DNA of 64,000 nucleotides, from assembly GCA_964035545.1 (NCBI GenBank), contig OZ037771.1, forward strand, positions 11,226,480-11,290,479, in the 5' to 3' direction. This document shows, in pieces, positions 13,608-28,600 of the stretch (the first letter of the stretch is position 1; every line of letters begins with the position of its first letter). A program made the translations under genes and the position numbers. The stretch comes from Bugula neritina. Its lineage: Eukaryota > Animalia > Bryozoa. The notes beneath the pieces are model-generated. The model was not told the DNA's origin. It searched no databases and saw only the letters and a program-made list of their open reading frames with translations.

Positions 13608-16600
13608 TTAAAAATAGATGGTCATTTCAGGCTTTTCTATTGGTTCCTCGCAGCCAATGCTATCGGTCTCAGTGCTAATGTCTGTACAAGGCGTATCACT
13701 CCTATTTACTGACATATTGTTTGGTGACTGTAATAAAATAGTAATTGATTATTATGATTAAATAACCATAACCTCCTGAACACAATGTACCTGCTGCTGC
13801 CAACATGTGCTCTTCATCTAGAATTGTAGCTAAAAATATGCAATATTTTAGAAAGACATTTAAATGATATAAACTATTTTTTATAGTTTTATTTAATAAA
13901 TAAAATATTAGAATTAATGCATGTTTAATAAGTCCAACAAGAAATGTGGCAGATAACTTTAATTTGATTTATTTGACAGACTGTATATTTATTCTTTGGT
14001 CATTCAGGTAAGTTTGGCAGAAGCTTTTAGCCTGACAATAAATTTACAAGGTGATAGGTGTTAGTTTGAAGTAATTAGCAAAGTGACAGAACTAGTAAAA
14101 ATTTTATTTTGTGGTTAGCAGTTTGTAAAAATAAAGTGTGCAACAAAATTATGGTTTAACCACAGAAATCAAGTATAAGAAGATTGTTTTGCAGTAAAAT
14201 ATGAAAAATGTTACCTTGTAAAGAGATCCAGGGAGTGTTTTTTTAGACCAGAAGCTTTCTGCAGGTAACCTGGTCCTAGCATCACTCAAGTGTGCAGGTA
14301 AGCTTGTGCAATAGTCAATCATGTTTTTGTTTGCAGAAAGTCCGGGCGAAGGAGAATTGCTTTCATAGTCTGAGGTACCAGAATGTGGACTGGCTGCCCG
14401 GGTGGTCTCAGACCTGAACCCTACTGGTGCTTCAGCGATAAAAGCAGAGTTCATGCTCCCCTGACTAACACTAGCATATGAGTCTGGCAAGGTCTCAGTA
14501 GCACGGATGTTGCTGATGTCGGGTCGACAGCGCCCCGTATTGAAAGAGTTACTGTGAACACCCACTAACCCTCGGGCTCTTCTGTTTTGGAAAGTTTCTA
14601 AGGCAATCTCCTCATCTTGGCTGTAGTGGCCCGTTTCGTCAATGCTAGAAGATTTAGGATGTAAAAATCGTTGAAACGGAATTCTTTTTACATAAGGTGA
14701 TCGATCCTTCATGGAGGATCTACCAGAGTCTGGGGGGTTTGAGCCCAGTGCCGTGATGTTCCTCATGTGATTATCACTGTTGGCAGCTACTTCCAGGCAG
14801 GCATGCTCTTTGTCAGCAAATATAGATAGATTATTTGGTATGCTGTGTAGTTGAGCAATATTCTCCTCATTTGAAGCCCTCTTTTCATCATACTCATGAT
14901 TCTGCAGATTTCTGCCAAACAATAAACTCACATGATACAAACCTAAGAAAAACAACAGTTTTTGCTGTTACAAGACCCATTAGTGAAGAAATAATGGTTA
15001 ATTAATGAGCATGACCGCAAGTTTAACCATCAGCCATGTTTACCCAATGCATAGCTGCCTGTAACTTGGATGTAAAACTTTTCAACTTCTGGCAAGGTTT
15101 TTAGTGGTTAAGTTTACACTAAAGACAATTAGCTAATGATATTTGTAGTAACATCCTAATTATATTGGTTTATTTTTGCTTTTGCTCAGCAACCAGCTGC
15201 TTCTCATTAGATTACGACACACTTGTACAAGTCTCTCCTACCCAATCATCTACTGCTTGTCACCACAGAAATATGCATAATTACGAAATATCCTAGTTTA
15301 GAAAGAGCAGATAAATGCTAATTATTTCTGGTTCATTTAGCAATATTCTACAGTCAGAAATAAAACTATGTAAACTATTTGCAACATGCCTGTTTCCTAT
15401 ATTAGATTCAACTCTATGATATTTGGGTAAGCTAAAACTCGTGCTTGTGCGACTTCTTGTGAGAGTATTTTAACTTTTTGAGACTGATGGTAGCAGTCTG
15501 TGCCATGAGTACTACTCAGTAGTACCACTCCGTAGTAATAATCTATAGTACTCAGTACTACCACTCCGTAGTACTACTCCATAGTACTCAGTACTACCAA
15601 ATCATAGTACTCAGTACTACCATATCATAGTACTCAGTACTACCATATCATAGTACTCAGTACTACCATATCATAGTACTCAGTACTACCAAATCATAGT
15701 ACTCAGTACTACCAAACCATAGTACTCAGTACTACCATATCACAGTACTCAGTACTATTACATCATAGTACTCAGTACTACCATATCATAGTACTCAGTG
15801 CTGTGAATTGCATTGGAATACCAGTTCTAATAGCCAAAGGCCATTATAGTGTGAAGGGCGTATACCCCCCCCCTTACCTTTCACAGTCAGACTGGAGGCT
15901 AACAATACCAGCCTCGGATCCTATGGATGGCAAACTTTCATCTTCAGAAGCTACAAGAGTAGCCTGGGTTTTCAGAGTTCCTTGGGAATCGGTGATAGAT
16001 TTAAGGGTGTCTGATGACTGCATCGTGTTGTACGGATGCTCAAATGTTGCCTGCTCACAGTCTTTCTTTTGCAGCTGTTTTGCTGTCCTTTTCGCTTTTC
16101 TAAATTAAAGAAAAATTGTGTTATATAATTAAGCAAACGGTCTAACTAGCATTTGTTGTCTAGCAACTTCAACCAGTTGCATCTGACCATCAAATTATTA
16201 ATTTTATGCTTATTGGGACAGGAACTTTAAAAGAGATTTTTTGCCTCTTCGAGTAAAAATTATTAAAAGCAAAAAATGGGCTAAATTTTAAACTTGGATA
16301 AAGTGGCTTAACTTTTACACACAAAGTATCTTGGGTGTATAAGCACATTGAATATTGTTATACTAAGAATTTCATACCTCTTAATGAAGCACATGACCAA
16401 AAGTGCCACTAGTATCAACAGAAACCCTGCAATGCCAGCTATTATGTAGATGACCAGCTTGTCTTTAGACTGCTTTGAGGTGTTGGAGTTGTCCCCACTG
16501 CTATATTCTGCCGTAGTCACCAAATCTGCAAGGCAATATATTCCTTATAGTAGTATAATATAACAAACAGGTTAGGCATCTCTTGCCTTAAGCTTCTTGT

Positions 16601-19600
16601 TAATTTTTAATAATATGGCATTTATTAATAATATTCCATTTGTATGATCTTGTCAATAAAAACTGTTCAATATAAATTGTAAAATAGAAAAATTTTTAGA
16701 AGGTGAAGACAACTATGTACATTTCAAAGTTGCAATTAATGCAAAATTTTAATTAAATTTGGTGCTGAGCAAAAACAAGTGCCTAGTAATAGAGTATATT
16801 ATATGTTCAGTTTAGTAAGACTATGGAGCAGACAACTCCCGACTATAGTTATTTATGCCTTACCTGGAATATCAAGGATGATCTCTACAACTGTAGTGCT
16901 ACTCCTTGGGGATTTCCCCATATCCATAGCTTGAACATTTATTAAATATTTAGTTGACTTGTATTCTGACATGGGTGCTGATAGAGTTATCTCCCCCGTG
17001 TCGTCAATTCGGAATAACCTACAAGTCAAATAAGTTGTAATAGCTTTGCAATAGAACTACACTAATAGGCTGCTTACTAATTTATTATCTACTTCAATTG
17101 GATTTTTAGCTGCATACTTACTGAATGGTCTAACACATTTCAAAGTGAATGCTTATAAATTTAAATAACTAGGAGAATTTTTTCCTTCAACAAGTTACTT
17201 GGGGAGATGTTTTCCATGTTTAAAATGTTATCACAGTCATAAGTTAGACAATTTTAGTTGAACTGTAAAATAGCTGATTTGTGCTAAATCATATGCATGC
17301 TAATTAAGTTTATATTCAGCTTATATACTTTTCAGAAATTGATGATGGTAAAAATTCTATAAAGTTGTAATCATGAAACTTAAAAACTAGTTATGTAAAA
17401 CCTTATGCAGTTGTTTGTTTGATTAAGAGTGTAGGTGGGTGGAGTATCACTTACCTATCATGAGGGGGAAGTATGTTGTAAGAAACCGGGTTAGGTTCGC
17501 TAGCAGGGGTATCTTTGTCTATGGCCTAAAAAAAGAAGCATTGCATTTTTAGATGCTATGCAATATAGTTTGTAGGTTTCAACCACTTAGGAAATGATAT
17601 AATACAATGTGGTTTATAGTGTGCAATAATTTCAAGCAATAATAGTGATATTACATAGAGGAGACAACTGCAAACTACAAAGTTCTAACCATCAAATGGA
17701 TGCAGCATAGTTATATATTAGGATTTATCTACTCATTAACAATGTATCATGGAGTAGACAACTACAATATTTGATACAATATTTCAGCCGACTTTTGAGT
17801 TTACAAAGCTATTTATAGACTGTCTGGAGAGAGACTGCTTGACAAGTGCCAACAGGTGAAAACTGCTGATCCTTCAGCCTTGCAGCAGATAAACCTGCAT
17901 TATGTATTCAGTTGATGGTTTATCTTGACACTCTCTCTAAATATAGTTGTTGAAGTTTCTATAGTATCTCAGCTGATCTAAAAGATCTGCTCAAATTATA
18001 ACTTGTCCCTTTGTCTAATATCTTAGGAAATGTGCACGCTATTGCCCTAGACAGTCTACTGTATCTACTTAAACAAGTATTATACAATACATAATTTAAA
18101 AATATTTTGGTAATTACATAGATATTATCAGCCCAGCAGTCATGCAAGTTAAAAATTTTTGAATAGCTATGTATAGTATTAGTTTATTAACTTTTAGCTT
18201 CACTTTATTAGTTAGGCAGCAAAAAAACCTAAATACATTTAAGTGATCACCATAAATTCAGTTTTTTGTCTACCTACGTAATTCTGATGTATACAAAGTT
18301 CTTACCTATTGCCATTATAATAATTATAGTCTATACAACTATATTGTTTAATTTATTCATAAAGTCCTCAACACTTCAATTGGGTTTGACACCTTGAGAT
18401 AAATGTGGAAGCTGGAAGGGATTTGTGACGCAATTTGAATAGTTTCACTCACACTGTTATGTAACAGCGCCAAAATCTAACTTTTTGTGTGGGCCGGCAA
18501 AGATTATTCAAACAATTAAGGCTATTGTCTAGTACATCTCGCCACAGGTAAAGTGTAAGGCAGGTGATGTGTGAGTAATTTAACATAGGGAACAGGTAAA
18601 CTTCAAAGCCTACTGTCTGCCAGCCGTTTGATAGATTTTTGGTGAAGTAAAATAAATGTGAATTTCAATCAGGTTTTACATTAACCAGCTTAGAGACTGG
18701 TGAACCTCAACCAGGCCAAACAATTTACAGACTAAAAAGATGGAATATATAGTGACTTACTTTCACTCGCCCAACCACCCCTCCATCTTGCCACTCCACT
18801 TGAAACTGGTAAGGCTCGGTGTTCTGGAACTCAGGGTTGTGATCGTTATCATTTATTATGGAGATAAACACATCTGCTTCACTTCTCTGCAAGTGCAAAA
18901 TTATTATGTAGTTAGTTGACAAGATACTTAATAAAATCCTCAGCTTTCTAGTAATTAATGTTTCATTGCAAAAGTGCTTGAGAAAATTCTAGAAATTCTC
19001 ATCTGTTTCGTCAACAAATATTTTGCTTTTTACTTCAAACTCAGAAGGGGTTTCACTATTGCCACAAGAGTGTACAAGTATAGCTTGTTTCTTAGAGTGC
19101 TGAGGCTACATAAATCTGTCACATTTTTCGAATAACTGAAATTGTCAGACTATAATTTTGTGTACAAAACACTTGTTAAGCTTGAAGTGCCATGAAGAGC
19201 AAATAAAAAATATGTTCTCTCTAAAGCTTATCTTATGAATCTCAAGACATGCTCCTTAAAACTTTGAAGCCCTCTGTGTAAAGCAAGATTTTCCCAGCAG
19301 GTAAAAACATCTATAGAATTGTTTGTGTTATCTAACCTGTTCAATACTGTTACATAATATAACTTACAACAGCACTTTGGACAGCAAAACATCAAACAAG
19401 AAGATAGCTTTTAAAATCTATCATGCATTATGGCATTGTTGCTGTATTTATATGTGGATATAGCATATCAGTATAGGCAGCACACAGTTGATGTTCATCT
19501 ATCCCTTATGATGTGTTGCTGCCACATATAAACTACTTGGGTTATCTCCATTTATAGTTAGATTTACTCACAAATTCTCCATCTGATACGGCGACCACTG

Positions 19601-22600
19601 CGCTGTATTCCCCAGTAGTCTCATAGTCAAGGGCAGAAGATACCACTAAGCTGGCCGAGTTTAATCTACAAGACAGCAAATATTGTCATACATGGTGGCA
19701 TGACTCCTGTGAATTCATTAATACTGTTAATTAGCAGAACTTGAAATCTCAGCTGCCTAGGTATAAGGTGAATTGTGATGGTTGTACTATTCTGGCTTTC
19801 ATTATTACCATGTTCATGTAACTTGTTTATAGTATCTTGCAAGTCTAGTCAAACTATATTCACACTTATGCCTAGCATAAACTGAAACTAGAGCTACCTC
19901 ACAGATGTCTTGCCAATGATTAAGAAGCAACAGGTCTACAGCTTGCAAAATGGGGTTTCATAGCAGAGATGTCTGTGAAAGGAAACATAACGTTTCATGC
20001 ATCAGATGACATAAATGGTTTCTTGAAAAGTTGCAGGCTGATTGTGGATTATATAATGTTTAGGGAGCTTTACTTAAAAATCATTTTTCATTTCCTTCAG
20101 GTTAGGAAATGAACATTTTACAGCCTAAAGGAGCTGTTTCAAAATCTCATTAACATTAAAATTTACAACTCAATAAAAACTTGCAGTTATAGCTGTAGTT
20201 GAGATAGGTTTTCCTGCAGTTTTATTTTGCATAAAATTACTTTTTAATTTCCAAAAGCACTTGCATCATCAAATTACAACACTTACACACAGACAATAAA
20301 TGTTTACAAATTCAATTTAAGAGTTTTATCTACGATAGCAGAAGATAACAGACTTCTGCTATAAGATATGTAATTCTTGTATTTTGTAACATAAGATGAT
20401 ATCCCTTCTGCAGTACAACGAATAAAAATGCAGTACACATTTTATCAACTTTTAATCGCGGTGTAATAATTTGTGAGTTTGTTTGGACTATGATACTTTA
20501 TGGCACATTTTCACAACATATATACTTGATTTCATATGCATAACTTTTGTTTATGCTTTCAACTTGGTGCTAGATTTATGATTAATGACCAACTATGTTG
20601 GCCGATAAACTGCAGCTCAGTGTGACACTTTTGATTTCTGATAAATGGTTTGTTGACGTGAATAGATTTTTGAAATTCATGGGAATGTGAAACCGTCCAA
20701 ATACGACAAAACTAAAAATGATGCTCATTGAAATGAAACTAAAAGTGTTTTTTCTATTTAGAATAAGCTCTGTGAAATGAAAAAGCCCACCAAGTGTGAA
20801 ATTGGTAAGAATGCCTGATTAACATTATTGTAATGCTTGTCATTATTAAATAAAAAAAAGATGCCCATACAATTAATTTGGGATTACTGTAATGTTCTAA
20901 CAAAAAGTAAATTATTTACCACACCTTGAGCTTTAATGGCTTTGCAGCACCAAACTAAATGACTACATTAATATTGACATCACAAAACCACCCAACGGTT
21001 GCTATAGCAACAATACTGGCTAATATAATCTAAACTCCAATTTGTATAGTTTTTGCTAAATAATTTAGTCTATTTATTTAGAATAGTTTGCTTAATTTAA
21101 TTAAACAGTAAAGACATTAGTCTTTGATTCCGGCTATGCCATTGGTAACATAACCAATATTCACTCAATATAATTTAACCATTGGTCATTAATTTGACAC
21201 CAAAAGTTTGTGTGGTGGGATTTACCACAGGCTACACCTATTTCCTGAAATCCTGTGGTTGTTGATTTACTCCTTCAAAGAAGTATATTTGACTTCTTGG
21301 AAAATTTCACCAGCTGGATTAAACCTAATTTATGCTTATTTTGAAGCAGTTTTTTCCAAATAGTTGTGTTTCATGTCTAGTAGTGAACTTACCCTGTCAC
21401 TCTGAGTTGGAACGGGAACCCTGCAGGGTAGTTCAGTAGAGAGAATGTTAGCTGCTCAGTCTAAAATGAAAAGCAATCTATTACCACTTTATAATAGTAT
21501 TACATTACAGTATAGAAAGAACACTGAATAGGTACATCAAAGTTGACATATATAAATAATATGAACTACTTCAAAAAAAGTCCTAAAGCCACAAGGAAAA
21601 AATTTAAGTTTCTCTTTAAATTTGATCTTTAAAAAAATTAACACATATTTGACTTGAATTGTAAAAAATGTTTAACCATAGAATAAACTGAAACTTGATG
21701 GTAAAAAAATTTGAATAATGGTAAAAAAAATGTGAATAATATTTATTTGACATTTGGAAACCTAAACCACTGCATATTGAATTTGTCTTCTTAAAAGACA
21801 GTATATTTAGTGAACCCAAGTCCTTAGTAACATAGAATCTGAATTAGCAAAGTTAATATAATTACACTCTGCTTATGCTTTCATCAACAGTTTTCTAAAA
21901 CTACATCAATAACAATAAAACTAGAAAGAGGTGCAAGCTAGAAACAAAGATAAATTATTTTAAGGTTATACACATGAGGTCTAGAAGGATTGAAACATAA
22001 CACAGGTACTGAATTACATGATCTCTATAGAGAGAAAGGTAAAGTCTATATTATAGGTGAGACAATACACACTATATTATAATGTGTTATGTTTTCACTA
22101 TCTCTTTTTACTATCAGCTAGAAGCTGTTTGCTTTGGAAGTAGTACTAGCTTGTTCTTTCTTAATTACATATCAAATGTGTACAAAGCCTATAATCATTC
22201 AGCACACAAAAGTGAAAGCAAACAGTTACAGCTTTAATGGCTGATCGAAACAGCTCCTTCTGATGTATTATTATAGTGAAACAGTTTCATTTGATTATGG
22301 CTACACTACGTTTGCTATATTTTTAGTAGAATGTCACAAAGATGTCTGTTAGATATTAGTATAGCAATGCAGGTAAAAATAGAAGTATTGCAGGTTAAAC
22401 TATTAGGTATAAGCAGGTAACACTAGCCAATCAGATCTTTTGTTAAATAAAAGTTTTTATGCACCAGTAGAGAAGATTTTATACCTGATGACCAAAAAAA
22501 TCTCCATCCTAAAACAGTTTCATAAATATTGTAACTCTATCATATGACCAGGTCCTTTCACCTTCATTATTAAGAGTTGAAGCATCATGTTTAGTGAAAA

Positions 22601-25600
22601 TAGATTTTTCAGAACTAATCAAAGCCACTTGTTTAGATTAATCTATAATTTATATTTGCACAAAGTTGTGTTACTAACTGCGTATTGTGTACCATATCAT
22701 ATTATGCATGCACTGTACTGTATAAGTAAAGTAGTAGTTGGTGTATATTTGTGATGCCTATTTACGCTGATCTATGCTGCTAAACACAGCTTATGCACTG
22801 AGTACGAAAGGGTAGCATATGTTAGCCGGGTGCTTATCGGTACAAAGTAGTATAATGAATATTTTATTATCAACAATGGATACATTTCTATCTAAACATT
22901 TGTGTATTAATTTTCTCGGGTCATTAGAGTTTTGTGAACGAATAATGTTATTAGACAAACAAGAGATTGAATGTTAGAGAACTTAATGAGGACTTGTGGT
23001 ACCAAGGGACCTTCAGTATTCCAAACATGGAGCTTTAAGAGCTCATTTAATAGACTGGGCTTTAGATTAATTGTGTTTGAGCAGAAGAGTTCTGATAACA
23101 TAATACTACCAGCAGGCCATGGTAACTCAGTCATACGCTGCCCATTATATGTTTATAATCTCTGCATTTTAGGTATAACCAGATTTTACACCAAGTTGGA
23201 AAATTATATGAACTACACACTATTTATTTGTGTTGAGTCTCTGCATGGAACATTTTAGTAGCAAGTTTAAAACTTTAGTTAGTGTCATCCAAGGAACAGT
23301 TTAAGTTCCTAGACAACTATAATACAAGTGTAAATAGAGGATGTTGGTTGTTATAGCGTTAGATACTCACCGTATCTCTGTCTGAGACGGTGAAAGAGAA
23401 AGCCTGTGTTCCAATGGGACTTCCCTCCGGTAGTGCAGCATTGTACGATGACTTAGAAAACTGCGGGGCATTTCCATTTGTTGCGACTATTTTTATAATG
23501 AGCGTGGCAGTTGTCTTTTTGTTCACATCATTTGCCTGCCATGCCTAAATATTTATATCCTGATATACATACTTGGTTTACAATGTGTGAGTAGAACTTC
23601 AATATTCAACATCTTTCAGCACATTTCTCAGGGAAGTAGGTGCAGTAATGGAGAAATTAAGAAAAGCCTGTTTTAGATTAGAAATGTAGCAAAAGAAATT
23701 ATGTGTTTAAAAAAATGTCAACCACGCCCCAAACCAAAATCTATAAAGAAATTTAAAGAACTAAAACTATCTCAATTTCTCCACTACTACTCCTAAATGT
23801 TCTCAGGGCTATACTAATCTATTATAACATACAGGCTACAGTATAGCTATCATGAGCCCACTATACTAAACACTTTCATTAAAAGGTGGTATAGTATTTG
23901 AGGTCATGAATACTAAATATGCCTCTTCAAATGCTCACTTTTCAACCTTATATAGGTGAGAGAGCACTTGAAATGTGAAAGGAAATTATAATATTACCAG
24001 CCCACTTGAGTTTGTTTTTAAAGATTAGTTGCCTAATAATCAACTTAAGGATGGTTCAAATATCAAAACATTCTTCATACACAAGGCAAAGGCAAGAAAA
24101 ACTCAAAGTATTTTCAGAATCCTTTATAACTGAGCCAAGACAAGATTACAGCATGCAGTTATATTAAAGCCAATTCATTACTTCACTTGTAGTTACACCA
24201 CCTTTTACTAGTAATACACCAATTCCCCACCCGTACATGCAGGTCGTGCTGTACTCCTTACCTTTGCTTGTAGTAGGTATCTGTTCCCTTTGACCATTCC
24301 AGCCACATCTCCCACGGTAACCATACCAGTGAACTTATCTACAGAGAAATACTGGTCACCTTCACCTTCTATAGAGTATCTGATTGGTGCGTTGAGAGTG
24401 TCTTGATCTCTGGCTACTAATTGAGCCACTACTGTATTCTACAATAATAATCATATATTTATTATTTGTATTTATTTATTGTAGAGTTTGTAGTGGTTTT
24501 TACACATTTCACATTTATATAGTAGTGACCTGCTTGGGTTTATGTAAAATTAGAACATGCTTATTGCTTTTTAATACACTATAACTGTAACGCACACCTG
24601 TTTTATACTATTTTAATATACTAGCTATTGTAGTACCAAGTTTTAATACACTACTGTAATATGCTGTTGTAAGACATAATACATGGTCATATTTGCAAAA
24701 AAATGTCCCGTGGTGATGATCTCCCAAAAAAAAACTAGTGAAATATACACATCTACGAGTATATGATATGTTGAGATGAGGTTTTGTTGCATAATGATGA
24801 CACAAGACAAGTTGGCTACAAGAAATATGATTCAGTAATTAACCAAAATGCACAGGTAAACCCAAATGCATCAGCCAACAATTTTGAATCATTTGCTTTC
24901 CATATTGAAGAGCAAATTCCTTACTCCTGTAACTAATAAATAAGGTGCAAAAATAAGCAATTATTGATCTGATGCCCCAACAGACAATTAGAAAGTAGAT
25001 AGCATTATTTTCTTAGCCTTCAAACAATAACAAGCAATTAATACGTGGAATTCTTACTTAAGTATGCATACCATTACACAGCAAATCAATCTAACAAAAA
25101 TGTTGTACAATCTTATCTATTGATGTATGATGGATACACAGAGTAGGTGATAAAAAGATCACTTATTGTTTAGCAATGAATTGAGAAGCAGTTTCGTCAA
25201 GCTGAGAGTAGGTGCTGTACTGGAGAGCTCATTGTTCTATGTTAGGTACAGTACAAAAGGCAAAACAATTGACCCTGTATACCTGCTGCCTTTATTGACT
25301 TTAGACAAATATTACCATACAGTTTGCTGAAAGAATTTTCCCTGGCAGCTTGCTGACAGCGATGCAATATTGTAACAGTGTAGGAAGAGTTTTGGGAAAA
25401 GATTTTAACGTCAATACTATGCGGTTCTATAATTGGACTAAATTTGCAGTTTTGTAAATTTTAAGTTGTAAGAGTCAAAAAAATTCAACTAGCCTTAATG
25501 TCTAATCACTTTCTAAAAGGTGCTCATACCACAATCTGAATTGAGAAATTATTCTGCTATTCTACAACACAATATGAATTTGGCTGGGGGTTCCGTAAGT

Positions 25601-28600
25601 CCACCCTATACTAGTACTAATGCTGAAGAGAAACAAAGTTTAGATATATTTTTCGGTAGGTTGTAGACCAGTGTTTGTTATCTGACTCCACAGACTATCC
25701 AAAATACAGCTATAGAACGTTCTATAATGCACTGCTCTATGAGCATTACTCCACCCAGAATGTCCTAGCACAATGTCCCACCAAAATGTTTCTTTATTCA
25801 TGTTAAACAAGCAGCTTACCAGCACAGAGTCCTCAAAGATAGAAACTGTGTACGTTGGCTGGTCAAACTCTGGACTGAGATCGTCCGCATCCTCTACAGT
25901 AACTGTTACTTCTGCTGTGGCCATCTTCTGGTTGACACTGCAGTTACGGCGATTTTGGCAATCCTGGTACAGTATATATAAACTTAAAAGCAACTTAGAC
26001 AGCTTATAAAATAAAGTTTAGAAGAACAGTTTAAAATGTATCAATAGAAATTTACTTTGTTGTGTTTTTAACTATGATAAATGGCAGCCAAACTTTAACA
26101 GATGACTTCACATTTATTCTTTTAGTGCTATCTCCAATAAAACTGCAATTTATTACCAATTTTAATTTCAGTGAAATTTCATTCAACTTTTTCTTTACTT
26201 TTGATTTAGTGATAAAAGTTCATGGTATTTGTCATTGTCACATACTTTTGCTATGACTGCCAGCTTATACACCTGGGCACTTTCATAATCCAGTACTCCA
26301 TTCAGTGTGATGGCTGCTTTACCTCCAGCTGCTGTTTCTATCTTGAAAAGACTCTGAAAAGAAATTTTAAAAATTTGTCATCTAAATAGAAGAATATTTG
26401 TACTCTGCAATATCAAATTTAAATGTTTTTATTTTTCAGCATGCAATCCCCAATAGTTTTTAGCTTCTATAAAACCAAGAAACCTTAAAGTTTAAAAACT
26501 GCTTCTGTTAATAGATTCTATGTTCAATGTCTGGGGGCAACCAAGGAGCTGTTTCATTTAACCATAAAATTTGTTAATTTACTTTCTAGGTCTTTGTAAA
26601 AACAGAGCTTTAATAAGGTTATCAGTGCGAAATCACTTGGACATTAAGCTGGATTGTATTAATGCCCCAGGCCTTAAAACTACTGAAAGCTTAATTACTC
26701 TAAATTAGATCATGTGTAATGAGGCCTGGAGTTGAATGACATAACTGTATGGCTATTAAAACAATTTCACTTGACACAAAAGAAGCATCTTAAATGAAGT
26801 GAGAAAGTGAAAACTGACTTCAGACAAAATCTGGGAAAATATTATTCTACACTCATTAGAACTACTTATTTATAACATAACTTCTTCATAGGAGTCCTTA
26901 TAAAAAAGGTTCATCTAGTAGTAATAAACGAAGTTATTCATAGACATACAAACAATAGGGTACATTAAGAAGTTTGACCGCAGACTTTTAGCAAAGTATC
27001 ACGACAGCTGCAGGTGAGAATTCAGATGGATAAGGTCACGAGCTCAAGTACCTACCGAGTATTCTGATGCTTGCAGCTCATAAATTATAAAAGCATTCTT
27101 GATGTCGTCATCATCTGCCTCAACCAATGAGATCTGTGTACCAATTATAGCTGCCTGCAAATACCAAACAACTACAGATTAGATCAACAGCTCATTTAAC
27201 ACAGAAAGGCTTTATTCAACAGCTAGTTAACTGATAACTTGCATGGGGGTGAGAGAGAGGGGTGTCGCAGAGACAATTTAGCAACTGGGGGAAAGGGGGA
27301 ATCTTTTGATTTAAGCATGTCCTGAGAAAATATGAATTGTGCTGTTTGATCCTGGGTTAAGTAGCAGAATTTCCATATTTCCTGTCTAATTAGAGCTGAA
27401 AATGGCACGTTAAATGCATAGTTCTCACATTCACCATGATAGATTAGCACTAATTAGAGTGAACTGGTTAAACATTCTAGAAAGATATTGCGAATTTATT
27501 AACATGATTATTAATAGTCGTTAAATAGTCGAGTGTGATAATGACTTCAAGTGAAGCTTGCAGATATTTTGAATATGCTATAATCTCACTGTTGAAGAGA
27601 AGAAATCAATAATGAGGTGTATTAAACAGGGCAGGCCTATTTCATGAATGGGATGAAACGACAACAATGACAATTCTACTTAATGACAAACACTAATCAG
27701 CGGAAACTAGCATTTTATATGTTTAAAAGTATTGTCTGCTTTTTGCTTAGAAGTTACTGTAAAGACAATATGACTGCAGTGAAAACAATTGCTCTTTTAT
27801 GTAAGACAGTGCTACCGGGCTTGTGTCGAACAATGCTGTCCGATACAAGCTTTTTGTTGTCGGTGACATACAGCTTTCAGTGCACTTTGATCAATTCTAT
27901 CAAATGTTTGTGACGTTCAATGTCTCTGAAACTTAAGTCAATGTTTATCCAACATTTTATTCAAAACACAAGTTTTGTTCCAGTCATTTCATTAGCAGCT
28001 ATTTATTTTTATTATAAACTTGAAGCTGATCTACAAATTAGGGCTCGTCTTTAATACTCTGATGATATCATCCAAAACATGCCTTTTAGCTGCTTTGAAT
28101 AATAATTAAAAGTTTATATAACTTTTACTATGCTTATGCATCAATGGAATAAATTTCAATGACATTGTTAGAATGAGTCATATCCAGTCCCAGTTATTTT
28201 GTCATTCAAGTAAAGCAAACTAAATTCTGGATTTACATATAAATCTGGGTGAAGTAACGACAAGTAAACATGTCAATGCGGAGCTGCCAGCTGCCCTTAA
28301 CCATTGTAGTTGATTGCACTCAATGCAACACGATTATTACCTCTTTCAGCAAAGCTGACAGGTTGCAAAGTTTAGCATAAACAAACTTATGTCTTATGTC
28401 TAAGTTTAACACAAGAAGGCATTTTAAGAATTAGTTGACAGGATTTACAATTCCGGTGTTTCAATAGGAAAACATATTAATACAGAAAGTCTGCAGGATC
28501 TAGATAAAAGATATAAAAGCATTAAACATGCAAATAGCTGAGTTCTCATACCTCCGAGATGCTTGCTGAGTACTGATTGGTTGGCTTAAAGGTTGGCGCA

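Noticed and set aside
21393-21420. 28-nt cadherin microexon using the CTGCAG acceptor
   Set aside because: Out of phase (gives a stop); the upstream TTTTAG acceptor at 21461 gives the in-frame 68-nt exon.
22485-22508. Possible 24-nt in-frame microexon (DGDFFGHQ) in cadherin intron 9
   Set aside because: Weak donor and not needed for the EC4 fold; unsupported without cDNA.
23610-23802. Degenerate inverted repeat (ggagaaatt...aatttctcc), possible old MITE
   Set aside because: Arms too decayed to define ends or a target-site duplication.
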